Shown here: positions 55,101 to 61,736 of the stretch, piece by piece
Layout of the letters: every line of letters begins with the position of its first letter
Position numbering within the stretch: position 1 is the first letter of the stretch
IMG/VR virus record: IMGVR_UViG_3300046517_000572
DNA length: 64,000 nucleotides
Origin: an uncultured virus (IMG/VR IMGVR_UViG_3300046517_000572)
Lineage: Duplodnaviria > Heunggongvirae > Uroviricota > Caudoviricetes
Direction: 5' to 3' (one strand)
Notes under the pieces: model-generated
The model's database searches: none
Told to the model about the DNA's origin: nothing
What the model saw: only the letters and a program-made list of their open reading frames with translations
Made by a program: the position numbers and the translations under genes

Positions 55101-56803
55101 TCGACATAGGGCGTGCCATCCGCGAGCGTGCCGAAGCCAGTCACAGACACTGTGACGCCGTTGCTGGCGTAGTAGGCCCAGTAAGGCGGCTGCGAGCCGC
55201 CTGCCCCGAGAACCCCGACTGTTGCGCCCCATCCGCGCGGGTTGGGGATGTAGTTGACCGGCGCGCCGCCTGTGCCCGCGATCAGCGCGGAGGCGGCGAC
55301 AGGCCCCCTGACGGCATTGGGCGCGACACCGCCCGCACCAGCGATCCGCGCCTGGGCGTTATAGATCAGCGTAGCATTCGCCAGCACGCTGCCAGCGCCA
55401 TTGATCCGCGCCGATGTTTGGAACGCCTGCGGACCGGCCAGACGAATCGTTGCATCGGCACGAACTGCGCCAGCGCCACCGAACACCGCGCCTTGCATGA
55501 TCGCTGGATTGAACGTCCAATGATTACCACTGTAAGGTCGGGAAGTTCCTAGCGTCGGTGCATCGTTATACGACGCGCCAGTGTTTGTCAGCCACGCGCC
55601 GTTGTGTGTGATGTTGGACGCGGCACCAGAGCCGGTTGTGCCTGATCGGGTAAGCGGCGGGGTTTCCCATCCGTTTACCGTGTCCAGTGTGAACGTGTCG
55701 CCGATCGGACCATTGACGGTCAGAATATTGAGAATGCCCTGTCCTGCATTCAGAGGCTGGGGTCCGGTGCCGACACTTGGATTGCCAGAGGCAGCGTTAT
55801 AGGCAAATCCAGATGGATTTCTGCTGGGAGCATAGCCACTGACAAAGACCGCCGACGACACCTCGGTGAGAGATGACGTGGTGATGTTGATATTCTGCCC
55901 GAATGGCAGACCTTTGGAATTGCCGCACCAATAAGCCTGATACGAGATACCCTGCGTGTTGGCGAGACCACCGAGACTGACATAGGTGTTGCCCGCGTTA
56001 TCACTGACAGATACGACCGGCATCGTCGTGCTGAGTGCCGATACCTGAAAAAAGATGCCAGCACCAACTGGAACGCCACCGGTCGGAGCTGGAATGATCT
56101 GAGCAGTCCCCGGCTTAGCATTAACGCTGCCGATATCGTAGAACGAGACACCGATGCTTGCCGGTCTGACCGCAAAGATGATGCAATTCCAATTGCGGGC
56201 AGCGAATGACGCGTTATAGTTTATCTGTGTTGAGGCGACGATCTGACCACCGGCAACCGTAAGGTCCGTGCCGCCTGTCGTGCCAACGCGCGTTGGTGGC
56301 GGATCGGACCAGCCGCTTGATTGCGTGAAACTGTCAGTGACAGGTCCGTCAGTGCCCACCGCAGCAAGGATCAGCGAGTTGGACAACATCGGCACCACTG
56401 CCAGTGGCAGGCTACCCGTTGACGCGCTGGACTGGGCGCTGCCGGTGTTTACTGTCGCCGTATCGATCGGACGATAAGGGTCCGCTCCGGTGACGTAGAA
56501 AGCCGACAGGACGTAGGTCTGGGCAGAAGCCCCTGCACTGGACCTGATGGCAGTGCCAGCCGCCAGACCGGTTGGCGTAACATAATAATCCACCGACAGG
56601 CCGTAATTCGACGTGCTGTTGCCTCGGTAGACAACAAGCACCGTAGGTGACCCGGCGACGGTGACGGTGTGTCCGACCGAATTATTGGCAAACGTATATA
56701 CGATGACGACCGCGCCAGCCGGTATGTCTACCGCCGTCGTGACCGTCGCGGAGGTCACACCTTTGACGGCAACGGTTCCCAGATCAACGGTCGTGAAGGC
56801 CAT
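49136..56803 (-). CDS. Giant (2555 aa) modular virion fibre/adhesin
   Basis: Two N-terminal duplicated beta domains, five NPR...PQLE CBM-like domains, one DUF4082-like domain, about 35-40 AxIxGxGxVxA repeats. Confidence 0.9.
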   Translation of the reverse strand: MAFTTVDLGTVAVKGVTSATVTTAVDIPAGAVVIVYTFANNSVGHTVTVAGSPTVLVVYRGNSTSNYGLSVDYYVTPTGLAAGTAIRSSAGASAQTYVLSAFYVTGADPYRPIDTATVNTGSAQSSASTGSLPLAVVPMLSNSLILAAVGTDGPVTDSFTQSSGWSDPPPTRVGTTGGTDLTVAGGQIVASTQINYNASFAARNWNCIIFAVRPASIGVSFYDIGSVNAKPGTAQIIPAPTGGVPVGAGIFFQVSALSTTMPVVSVSDNAGNTYVSLGGLANTQGISYQAYWCGNSKGLPFGQNINITTSSLTEVSSAVFVSGYAPSRNPSGFAYNAASGNPSVGTGPQPLNAGQGILNILTVNGPIGDTFTLDTVNGWETPPLTRSGTTGSGAASNITHNGAWLTNTGASYNDAPTLGTSRPYSGNHWTFNPAIMQGAVFGGAGAVRADATIRLAGPQAFQTSARINGAGSVLANATLIYNAQARIAGAGGVAPNAVRGPVAASALIAGTGGAPVNYIPNPRGWGATVGVLGAGGSQPPYWAYYASNGVTVSVTGFGTLADGTPYVDLRHYGTPTGTGVILGFNNQAVMPAFGGNTPLVFSCYVAMVGGSLANIGATNLDIRGGLGIAGSFGAAFGPFTPTATLTRYSVAYVPPDFLVNVIADFRIDVTAGLPIDITLRFGPQQLEIGTVPTAPILPAVSRYITQERGIFANASGGRDVTPNRFAVSFGVAASTANRQDFGGDLGVRFTAAVALTFNRIGIRCPIGGTGIHTLRIYDVTGGTTVQTVTIDLTGAIPGIFYYTALPQTTLTVGNTYFLATLAAAGDGQMWADQSLTALRGVVGGSVWSAFANPPSASPTISAQDYQFYGLDLDLVTTPAVANALIAGQGGTTNWIYNPRLEGAVPGTPGTLPIGWLGLSMGAGLAWQITGTGTEGGLSYIDLRIYGTTTGPTNSLAFNLAFSYNPVTVSYTTRGISGETWTNSVYIKLQAGAFPTYSAGNVGVHLMTYALDAANGVLSYGWTTPQTFVPTNAPLIDQQLVGTGIGPYPTMTQVQSGIWVYYDVLQAIDFTLRIASPQLERGPVSSPIWPPAGSPQVSTRALLAAPGIAINASAQIDGTGGATNYIRNPRAINAAPGTPGTLPSAWNVASLPAQLTQQVVGVGLDAYTGCNYIDVRYSGTTIGTGQFYLYVENGTFPFGGGSQFINTVWLSVSGGTLANITNLYFVSAFQPTGQIIVSIPIPSVTAIPSAWGTTGVAPSGTRSVQGGYIQIVYAAGAVDFTLRISGAQLERGSVRTPLILPPVGTWALTTRALLAAPGSFTPTGATINGTGSVAASIAPVAVPTGAVIAGGNGNKISAQAIPVAGGTNTCVISTDIVPPSVGALVFKHIASGVGTNQAGAIGTVGLPYIPLTVSVMVWIPAGWAGTAIQINAEGGGYPGPPGFGANLSLTNQWQRVTFRPPGAPNADFPVVCRITDATATPIYTSLWQAIPDTVVAAPTILGNVTIGGAGSVTASAYTLAAAGARITAVGSLSVDARNYAPTGAQIDGRGGQTNYVRNPRAEGAVLGVIGSGGAYPTYWFPSDNPAQPGVTRQIVATGVDARTGFAYVDVRVSGTAVAGNAFLHVEPTYWPIVAAGDTFTTTAWLALVGGSLANIPPGTFYYVSNFDVGNNPVVIGTLLNATLTAYGSTAAAPTGATMVSGGFLAWNYPASGAVDFTIRIAACQLERGSVRTPLILPPVGVPGTTSRGLLAMPRVPGLAQAEIDGVGSVSATTSAVRPGVATIAGAGGVGATLAKLALPVLAIPGQGGKTNFITNPRAEGAVPGTPGTWPVGWQQGLRTAGLTQTILGTGIENGIPYIDVHWIGTTNDLVVDVIFAGNQEIRANQYDTVALSAFLKVIDGDRSPITFNLNAQAFRADGTYITDNYTIVTPSDAVTPLDQARCSTVTTFPFSEANVYYTRPVMLMRFLSELAIDITLRIGAPQLEILNVTSLMLPPIGAPQRALRGVEAKPTQVVQAAARINGQGLISADSSFVGQARANATLAGVGNIIIVGLHQFHAAHAVIHGTGSVIVGFAAKEAVKARLLGVGGVQATAAVAHPTIARIRGVGQIAAVSQRVRYGAATIAGNSRLYATAFPAKSGNVTIAGAGLLRVRDTIIAVLQTAAATITGTAAVHVQGRRAPPCDGLIEAEGNVYATATVRAAGQALVAGAGTVDAHGTAWRHAEALLDGEGEVRGLLNHRPVASAGIGGVGQVAADGTPIRQTLGAAALIAGVGRVRADAFRAATVAAEALIAGLGAIVAIGLRAAVVNVDKTIAGVGTVRASVTRVLVAASATIHGTGTARANGSQIGQVSAEAQIDGSSWLRVDSVTVTQVHAAAAIHGAGGATAHAARSQHARASITGAGSVTARGSVWAPALAMIHGLGAFVAGHRKAPFPVHAKLGGAGSVRATAHVLVSTHVRIAGHATVSHVRATLHAEAHVRITARGHVIERSHDRVMAHVAIAGQGHVGFDGEQKSHQHTSARIRGVGQIETDASKPREQIASQGVYLPPQLVGVSVL

Positions 56804-56834
56804 GACGGCGCTGCGTCCCGCCGCCCTGGTGCGA

Positions 56835-57230
56835 TTAAGCCAAGGTAATGATCAAAGCGCCTGCTGCAAATACGAGGCTATCCCCCGCGTTCAGCGCCCT
56901 GGCAGTTGTGAGCGTGCCATACCACAACATATTGCCACCCGCCGCCGCAGCGGTGTCCCACACTTGCAGCCCCGAGATCGTTGCAGCGGAAAGGATCGGC
57001 CCGAACGTCATCGCGCCGGTATTGGACGCACTGCCAGCGGGCGATGCAGCCGCTGCCATCAGCAGCGTCTGGCGCGTCATGCCCGAGCCGGTGGCGATCT
57101 CAGACCCCGACACCGACGACGGGACACCGAGCGACAGACCCACACTCCAGGTCGTCGGGCGCGTCACCGCCGCGTTGTTCAGGGAAAAATCCAACATTGC
57201 CTTTTCCAGGTATGCCGCTATGCCAGCCAT
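56835..57230 (-). CDS. Small fibre-associated structural protein
   Basis: AYLEKAMLD...GSEI...RQT...VWDTAAAAGGNML...GDSLVFAAGALIITL; GAGGAG RBS. Confidence 0.82.
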   Translation of the reverse strand: MAGIAAYLEKAMLDFSLNNAAVTRPTTWSVGLSLGVPSSVSGSEIATGSGMTRQTLLMAAAASPAGSASNTGAMTFGPILSAATISGLQVWDTAAAAGGNMLWYGTLTTARALNAGDSLVFAAGALIITLA

Positions 57231-58263
57231 GACTCTCTCCTCTCAAAGCGGCCTTGGCCGCGACAAAGACTTCCTCGTGTGAGATATCCGCGATGCACGC
57301 CGCCGCTTCGGCGTTCTCGGCTTTACGGCACGTCTCGATGGTGTCGTGCAGCTTGTGGCACGGCCAGCAATCGACGCGTTTCTGATCCGCGAACAGCGGC
57401 AGCGTGGCGGCCCAGTGCTTGGTGATGTTAACGGGCGACGCGTGGCTCAGAAGCATGATCTTCGGCACCGCTTCCATCGCGACGCCCCAGGCCAGCCCGG
57501 TGTCGGGCGAGATCACCAGATCGCACTGCTGCAAGGTCGTCAGCGAGCGGCGGATCGGCCAGGACGGCTTATCCTTGTCGGGCGAAATCGCCGCGTGCAT
57601 ACCGCTGTAGCCACTGTTGTATTCGCCCACAAAGTCCTGGATGTGCTTGGCGATCTTGGTCTCGGCCTCGGAGCCGAACAGCAGCACGGCGACGTTCAGT
57701 TCGCGCACCAGCTTGGCGACCAGCAAGGGCAGGTAGGGCCAGGATTTGTCGAGGCGCGAACCGGACAGGACGATACCGACAACATGACGATAGCCGCCAG
57801 CGCCGCGCACCGCGTCCAGCGTCCTGCGCGCGTGGTCGGTCTCCTCGATCGTCGGATAGAAGCGCGGGTTAAATTCATGCCGCACCCCCACGATGTCGTG
57901 GACGTATTCCAGGTAATTCACGCCGCAGTATTTGCGGCGCCACGCGGCGGGCCAGTGAAACTGGGTCTGCCCCGGCAGCAGCGCCAGCACGCCTTCGCAG
58001 GAGTGCGACAGGTTGAACCAGCGATCGTATTCGCGCCCGCGATGGGCGAACCATTGCTGCCAATGATTGCCATCGGCCGGGAGGTCGCCGGACTTGCGCA
58101 CCGTCAGCTTGGCGATGTGCGGGTTGTTTTCAAAGACGACGTGCTGCGGTTCCTGGGCCATGACCTCGACGTTGTGCGTCTCGGCAAGCAGCGGCAGCAC
58201 AGAGGACGCGATCAGGTTGTCGCCAATCCCTCCGAGACGGGCGAGCAGACACCACGGCTTCAT
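57100..58263 (-). CDS. Glycosyltransferase family 9 (ADP-heptosyltransferase-like)
   Basis: RLGGIGDNL, NNPHI, KSWP, ISPDTG, CWPC...C...C. Confidence 0.88.
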   Translation of the reverse strand: MKPWCLLARLGGIGDNLIASSVLPLLAETHNVEVMAQEPQHVVFENNPHIAKLTVRKSGDLPADGNHWQQWFAHRGREYDRWFNLSHSCEGVLALLPGQTQFHWPAAWRRKYCGVNYLEYVHDIVGVRHEFNPRFYPTIEETDHARRTLDAVRGAGGYRHVVGIVLSGSRLDKSWPYLPLLVAKLVRELNVAVLLFGSEAETKIAKHIQDFVGEYNSGYSGMHAAISPDKDKPSWPIRRSLTTLQQCDLVISPDTGLAWGVAMEAVPKIMLLSHASPVNITKHWAATLPLFADQKRVDCWPCHKLHDTIETCRKAENAEAAACIADISHEEVFVAAKAALRGESHGWHSGIPGKGNVGFFPEQRGGDAPDDLECGSVARCPVVGVGV

Positions 58264-58266
58264 GCG

Positions 58267-58437
58267 TTACAGGCGGCCGAGCAGAAACAACACCAGCAAC
58301 ACCACGAGGAGCAGGCCGACGAGGCCGATGCCGCCGCCGTAGTAGGGGCTGCCGTAATAGCCTCGGTGATAGCCGTAGCCCCCGCCGAACAGCAGGATGA
58401 TCACCAGCACGATCAAAATGAGCAGGATCGGTGACAT
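58267..58437 (-). CDS. DUF3309-like small two-TM protein
   Basis: MSPILLILIVLVIILLFGGGYGY...GGGIGLVGLLLVVLLVLFLLGRL; GGAG RBS; not in the ORF track (<60 aa). Confidence 0.75.
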   Translation of the reverse strand: MSPILLILIVLVIILLFGGGYGYHRGYYGSPYYGGGIGLVGLLLVVLLVLFLLGRL

Positions 58438-58481
58438 GACGCGGTCTCCATTCAGTAAACGGCGCCAGTCATCGAGGGTGG

Positions 58482-58682
58482 TCAGGCTGGCTTATGCACG
58501 ACTTCGCGCATCTCGCCGGATGGCAGCTTCACCGAGAACGGCGGCGGCCCCATCTCGGCCAGCAACATGGGCGTCTTGGGTAATGGGTGCCAGACGCCGT
58601 CATCAGTGATGTGCCCCCAGGGTTTGCCGTCGTCGAATGCTTCCAGCTTTTTCGCGAACTCGGTGACTTCCTCGCTGGGCAT
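58482..58682 (-). CDS. Hypothetical protein
   Basis: MPSEEVTE...; AGGAG RBS. Confidence 0.6.
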   Translation of the reverse strand: MPSEEVTEFAKKLEAFDDGKPWGHITDDGVWHPLPKTPMLLAEMGPPPFSVKLPSGEMREVVHKPA

Positions 58683-58690
58683 GGTCGCTC

Positions 58691-59311
58691 CTAATGGGTG
58701 GCCAATCGCTTGGCGATTTCTCTTGCGGCGCCCACCGCGACGTTTTCGTTGCTGGCATCGGTCGGGGTGGACCACGCCAGATATATCACGCCGACGAACG
58801 ATTCGGGATTGGGCGGGATCGGAATGCCGCACCCACGCTTCATGCCACGTTCAGCGAGACGCCGCGCAACCGGTGTGCCGGTCACCTCCAGGTCAACGCA
58901 GACCGGATGCCCCTCCAGCACATCGACCAGCTTTCGGATATCGGACGCATGATCGATGATCGGCAAGCGACGCGGCGAGGGAATCACCGCGCGCTCGCCG
59001 TCATGCCGCCGCGCGCCCAGGAACCACTGCGAATTGGATGACAGATCGACCGCCCAGATTTGGATCAGATCGGCATTGGTCTCGCTGGCGAGTTTGCCCA
59101 GCGCCTCGGGCACGTCGGCGGTCTTCAGTTCCGGGGTGTCCGGTGTCAGCCACGCCTCAAACAGATCGGCGCGCCGCTCGTAAATCACCCAGCCGAAAAA
59201 CAACAGCATGGCCAGCCCGGCGATGGCGAACGCCTTCCACGGCTTGTCGATAAACTTGAGGACGCGATCGAGGAGACCGGAAACGCCTGACGGGGTGCCC
59301 TGATCGCTCAT
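58691..59311 (-). CDS. T4 gpT-like (class III) holin with GAF-like periplasmic domain
   Basis: N-terminal amphipathic GLLDRVLK, single TM, then ETNADLIQIW...CGIPI...VGVIYLAW, paralleling T4 T. Confidence 0.6.
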   Translation of the reverse strand: MSDQGTPSGVSGLLDRVLKFIDKPWKAFAIAGLAMLLFFGWVIYERRADLFEAWLTPDTPELKTADVPEALGKLASETNADLIQIWAVDLSSNSQWFLGARRHDGERAVIPSPRRLPIIDHASDIRKLVDVLEGHPVCVDLEVTGTPVARRLAERGMKRGCGIPIPPNPESFVGVIYLAWSTPTDASNENVAVGAAREIAKRLATH

Positions 59312-59324
59312 CGTGGCACCTCAT

Positions 59325-59350
59325 GGAACCAGACCCCGCTGCCGCGCGTT
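59325..59350 (+). promoter_or_regulatory. EcfG/sigmaT general-stress-response promoter
   Basis: GGAAC-N17-CGTT, 40 nt upstream of ATG 59391. Confidence 0.7.
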
Positions 59351-59390
59351 AGGCCTCCTGGCCCGCTCCGGGCCAGGAGGAGATCATCCC

Positions 59391-59612
59391 ATGTCGTTGC
59401 AGGATACCGCCAATCAGATCAATGCCGCGCTCGACCGCATCACCCAGGCCGGTGGCAACCAACAGCAGGTTCAGCAGGCGGTGCAGGAGGCCAAGCAGCG
59501 GGTGCAGCAACTGATCCAGGAAGCGCAGCAGAACAACGGCCAGCAGGGCCAGCAGCATATCCCCGGCCAGCACGGCCAGCAGCACGGCCAGGGCGACCAG
59601 CCGCGCCGCTAA
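59391..59612 (+). CDS. Gln-rich small protein (moron, antisense to the late operon)
   Basis: AGGAGGAG RBS; MSLQDTANQINAALDRI...GQQHGQ repeats. Confidence 0.78.
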   Translation: MSLQDTANQINAALDRITQAGGNQQQVQQAVQEAKQRVQQLIQEAQQNNGQQGQQHIPGQHGQQHGQGDQPRR

Positions 59613-59616
59613 ACGC

Positions 59617-60063
59617 CTAGCCGGAACGACCGCTGATCGTCACCTCGCCTGCCTCGACGACATGGATGCGCCCGTGAGCGGCTGACGCGGCTGGCGTGTT
59701 CGGAACCGGCGGCATGTCGGCAGGCGGCGGTGGCGGCGGCGGCGGTGGTGGTGGCGGATCGACCGGCGGGATCGGGTTGTCGGGGATCGGGTTCGGGTTG
59801 TCGGACATCGTGGCTCTCTCCTCTGAGGGTAGCGGCGGCAGCGTGTGCGCGCCGGGCGGCAGTGGTCTGGCTGGCGCCGGTTTCGGTTCAGCCTGCTTTG
59901 GTTGCTTCGGGTCAGGCCGCAGCGGCAGCCCCAGCACGCGGACCTGTCGCTGCACCGCTGGCATGGTGCAGCGAAGGTCGCGGGATATCTCACGGAGTGA
60001 GTCGCCGCGATTCCAGGTCTCGGTCAGGCGCGCGTTCTTGGCCGCGCTCCAGACGATCGACAT
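59617..60063 (-). CDS. GcrA-like HTH protein with Pro-rich tail
   Basis: WSAAKNARLTETWNRGDSLREISRDL...AV...VRVLGL resembles the GcrA N-terminal domain; internal GAGGAG RBS and ATG at 59808. Confidence 0.6.
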   Translation of the reverse strand: MSIVWSAAKNARLTETWNRGDSLREISRDLRCTMPAVQRQVRVLGLPLRPDPKQPKQAEPKPAPARPLPPGAHTLPPLPSEERATMSDNPNPIPDNPIPPVDPPPPPPPPPPPPADMPPVPNTPAASAAHGRIHVVEAGEVTISGRSG

Positions 60064-60321
60064 TTACCAGAAGCCGGGCCGGTAGCGATCGCCCACCGCC
60101 TCCCAGAATGCGCGCGATGCCTCAGAGAGCGACATCCCTTCAGGGATCGTCACCTCGCCGGTCTCCAGGTTGATCTTGATGCCGCATAAAAACGTCATGA
60201 TCTGCGACGGCTTGATCTGTTGGATCGTCACGCCGGTCATCGGCTGGAAATAGTTGAGATTGTCGCTGATGCCGCCAGTGACGTGCATCATGCCTTCGGT
60301 GTCGATCTTGTCAGCCATCAT
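60064..60321 (-). CDS. Hypothetical protein
   Basis: TGEVTIPEGMSLSEASRAFWEAV; ATGA-coupled. Confidence 0.6.
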   Translation of the reverse strand: MMADKIDTEGMMHVTGGISDNLNYFQPMTGVTIQQIKPSQIMTFLCGIKINLETGEVTIPEGMSLSEASRAFWEAVGDRYRPGFW

Positions 60322-61118
60322 TCAAACCCCTCGATCACGGGCCGCGATGAACAGCGGCAGTTGATCTCAAAGCCGGGCCATGTCCAGCGGTTCTCCAGAT
60401 AGGCGCCCTTCTCGACTTCGTAGATCGGCCCCTTGGCGCCGGGCGTATGGTAACCGCGCGAGAACGATAAATGCTCCGGTCGGAAGTGTCCCGGCGCAGT
60501 AATGTTGGAGTGCATCCACACCGCCCGCTTGATGCCCGCTTGCGCCTGTCGTGTCTTGGTCACGACCGAATTGAGTTTGAATGTCTGATCGCGCGCGATC
60601 AGCGCGGCGCGTTTCTTCGGCAGATCGAACTGTTGCTGCAATTCCTTCTGCACCGTGTTGAGGTCATTGCCCTTCTGCACGCCGCGCATCACGATGCCCT
60701 CGACGCGCTGGAGATGCTGCGACGCGATCGACTTGATCAGCCCGACGTTCTCGGTCACCGCGCTGTTCATCACCGCCTGTATCTCGGGCGAGACCTTGAA
60801 CTGCACGGTCCAGCCCGCCTGATCGAGTAGCTGCTCGATCCGCTGCGTCGAGTGCGCCGCCGACCGGGCGCCCCACTGGCCCGCGACATCGGGGGCGATC
60901 TCATCGAAATTCGACTGCCAGCGGTTGCCGAGTTCTTTCATCGTATCGATGATACGATTAGCCGCGCGGGGGTCTTCGCGCCAGCGAGCCGACAGCCAGT
61001 AGTCCAGCGAATTGTTCATCCGGTCGATCGCGCGCCAGAGCCGCGAGCGGTAGACCGCGACCACGCCCGCATTGGGATGCACAGGCGGCAGCACGTTAGG
61101 TCTGGGCGGCTGCGCCAT
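60318..61118 (-). CDS. MuF / SPP1 gp7-like minor head protein
   Basis: ENVGLIKSI...RAALIARDQT...WMHS...RPEH...PGFEINCRC. Confidence 0.92.
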   Translation of the reverse strand: MAQPPRPNVLPPVHPNAGVVAVYRSRLWRAIDRMNNSLDYWLSARWREDPRAANRIIDTMKELGNRWQSNFDEIAPDVAGQWGARSAAHSTQRIEQLLDQAGWTVQFKVSPEIQAVMNSAVTENVGLIKSIASQHLQRVEGIVMRGVQKGNDLNTVQKELQQQFDLPKKRAALIARDQTFKLNSVVTKTRQAQAGIKRAVWMHSNITAPGHFRPEHLSFSRGYHTPGAKGPIYEVEKGAYLENRWTWPGFEINCRCSSRPVIEGFE

Positions 61119-61142
61119 CGGTCAGGCCCTCGTGGTCGGGGT

Positions 61143-61736
61143 TTACGCCTTGCGCGACCGCGCACCGCCAGCAAGGAAGTCTCTTGTGCTGGTGCTGCCC
61201 GACAAATGACTTTCGAGTTCAGCCGCCGTATGTCCTTGCGCGCTAACGCTACCGTCCGTCACATGGGTCCAGACGTTATTGCCGAGATCGTGGCGCGGGT
61301 AAACGTGAATGCGGTCACTCGTTCCCTTCTCCCGGCTTTTATACATCTTATGCACAAGGTGGTCTCTCACCGGATCGTCCGATCCTGCTGTGCCCAATTC
61401 GACATAGCCGTGCTTGGCGATCGGCGCCTGCATGGCGCGGTGGTAGTCCTGCATGTCCTTGGGCAGCGATGACAGGTGTTTCGCGTTGTGCGCGCCATCC
61501 TCGCCGCCCACGCCACCGCCGCCGCTGGTCCACTCGCCAGAGGCGGCGCGTGGCTGATCGGCGTCCTGCGCCCCGGCTTCATCTTCAGAAAAATCTGGCA
61601 GTGAGTCGATATCCACGATCTCGTCGGGGCTTTCGATCGGCTTGGTGCCGAGTGCTTCCGCCGTGAAATCGTGGATCACCTTGCCGCCGACTGAGGCGAC
61701 CCCCATCAGGGGCTTTTCGGTGTTGTCCGACATCAC
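61143..61736 (-). CDS. Putative head-cargo protein
   Basis: GAQDADQPRAASGEWTSGGGG motif; lies between the ART and MuF genes. Confidence 0.7.
   Translation of the reverse strand: MMSDNTEKPLMGVASVGGKVIHDFTAEALGTKPIESPDEIVDIDSLPDFSEDEAGAQDADQPRAASGEWTSGGGGVGGEDGAHNAKHLSSLPKDMQDYHRAMQAPIAKHGYVELGTAGSDDPVRDHLVHKMYKSREKGTSDRIHVYPRHDLGNNVWTHVTDGSVSAQGHTAAELESHLSGSTSTRDFLAGGARSRKA

Noticed and set aside
59700..59760. GGC/GGT trinucleotide runs (also 19770-19875)
   Set aside because: Explained by poly-proline coding linkers; not independent repeat elements
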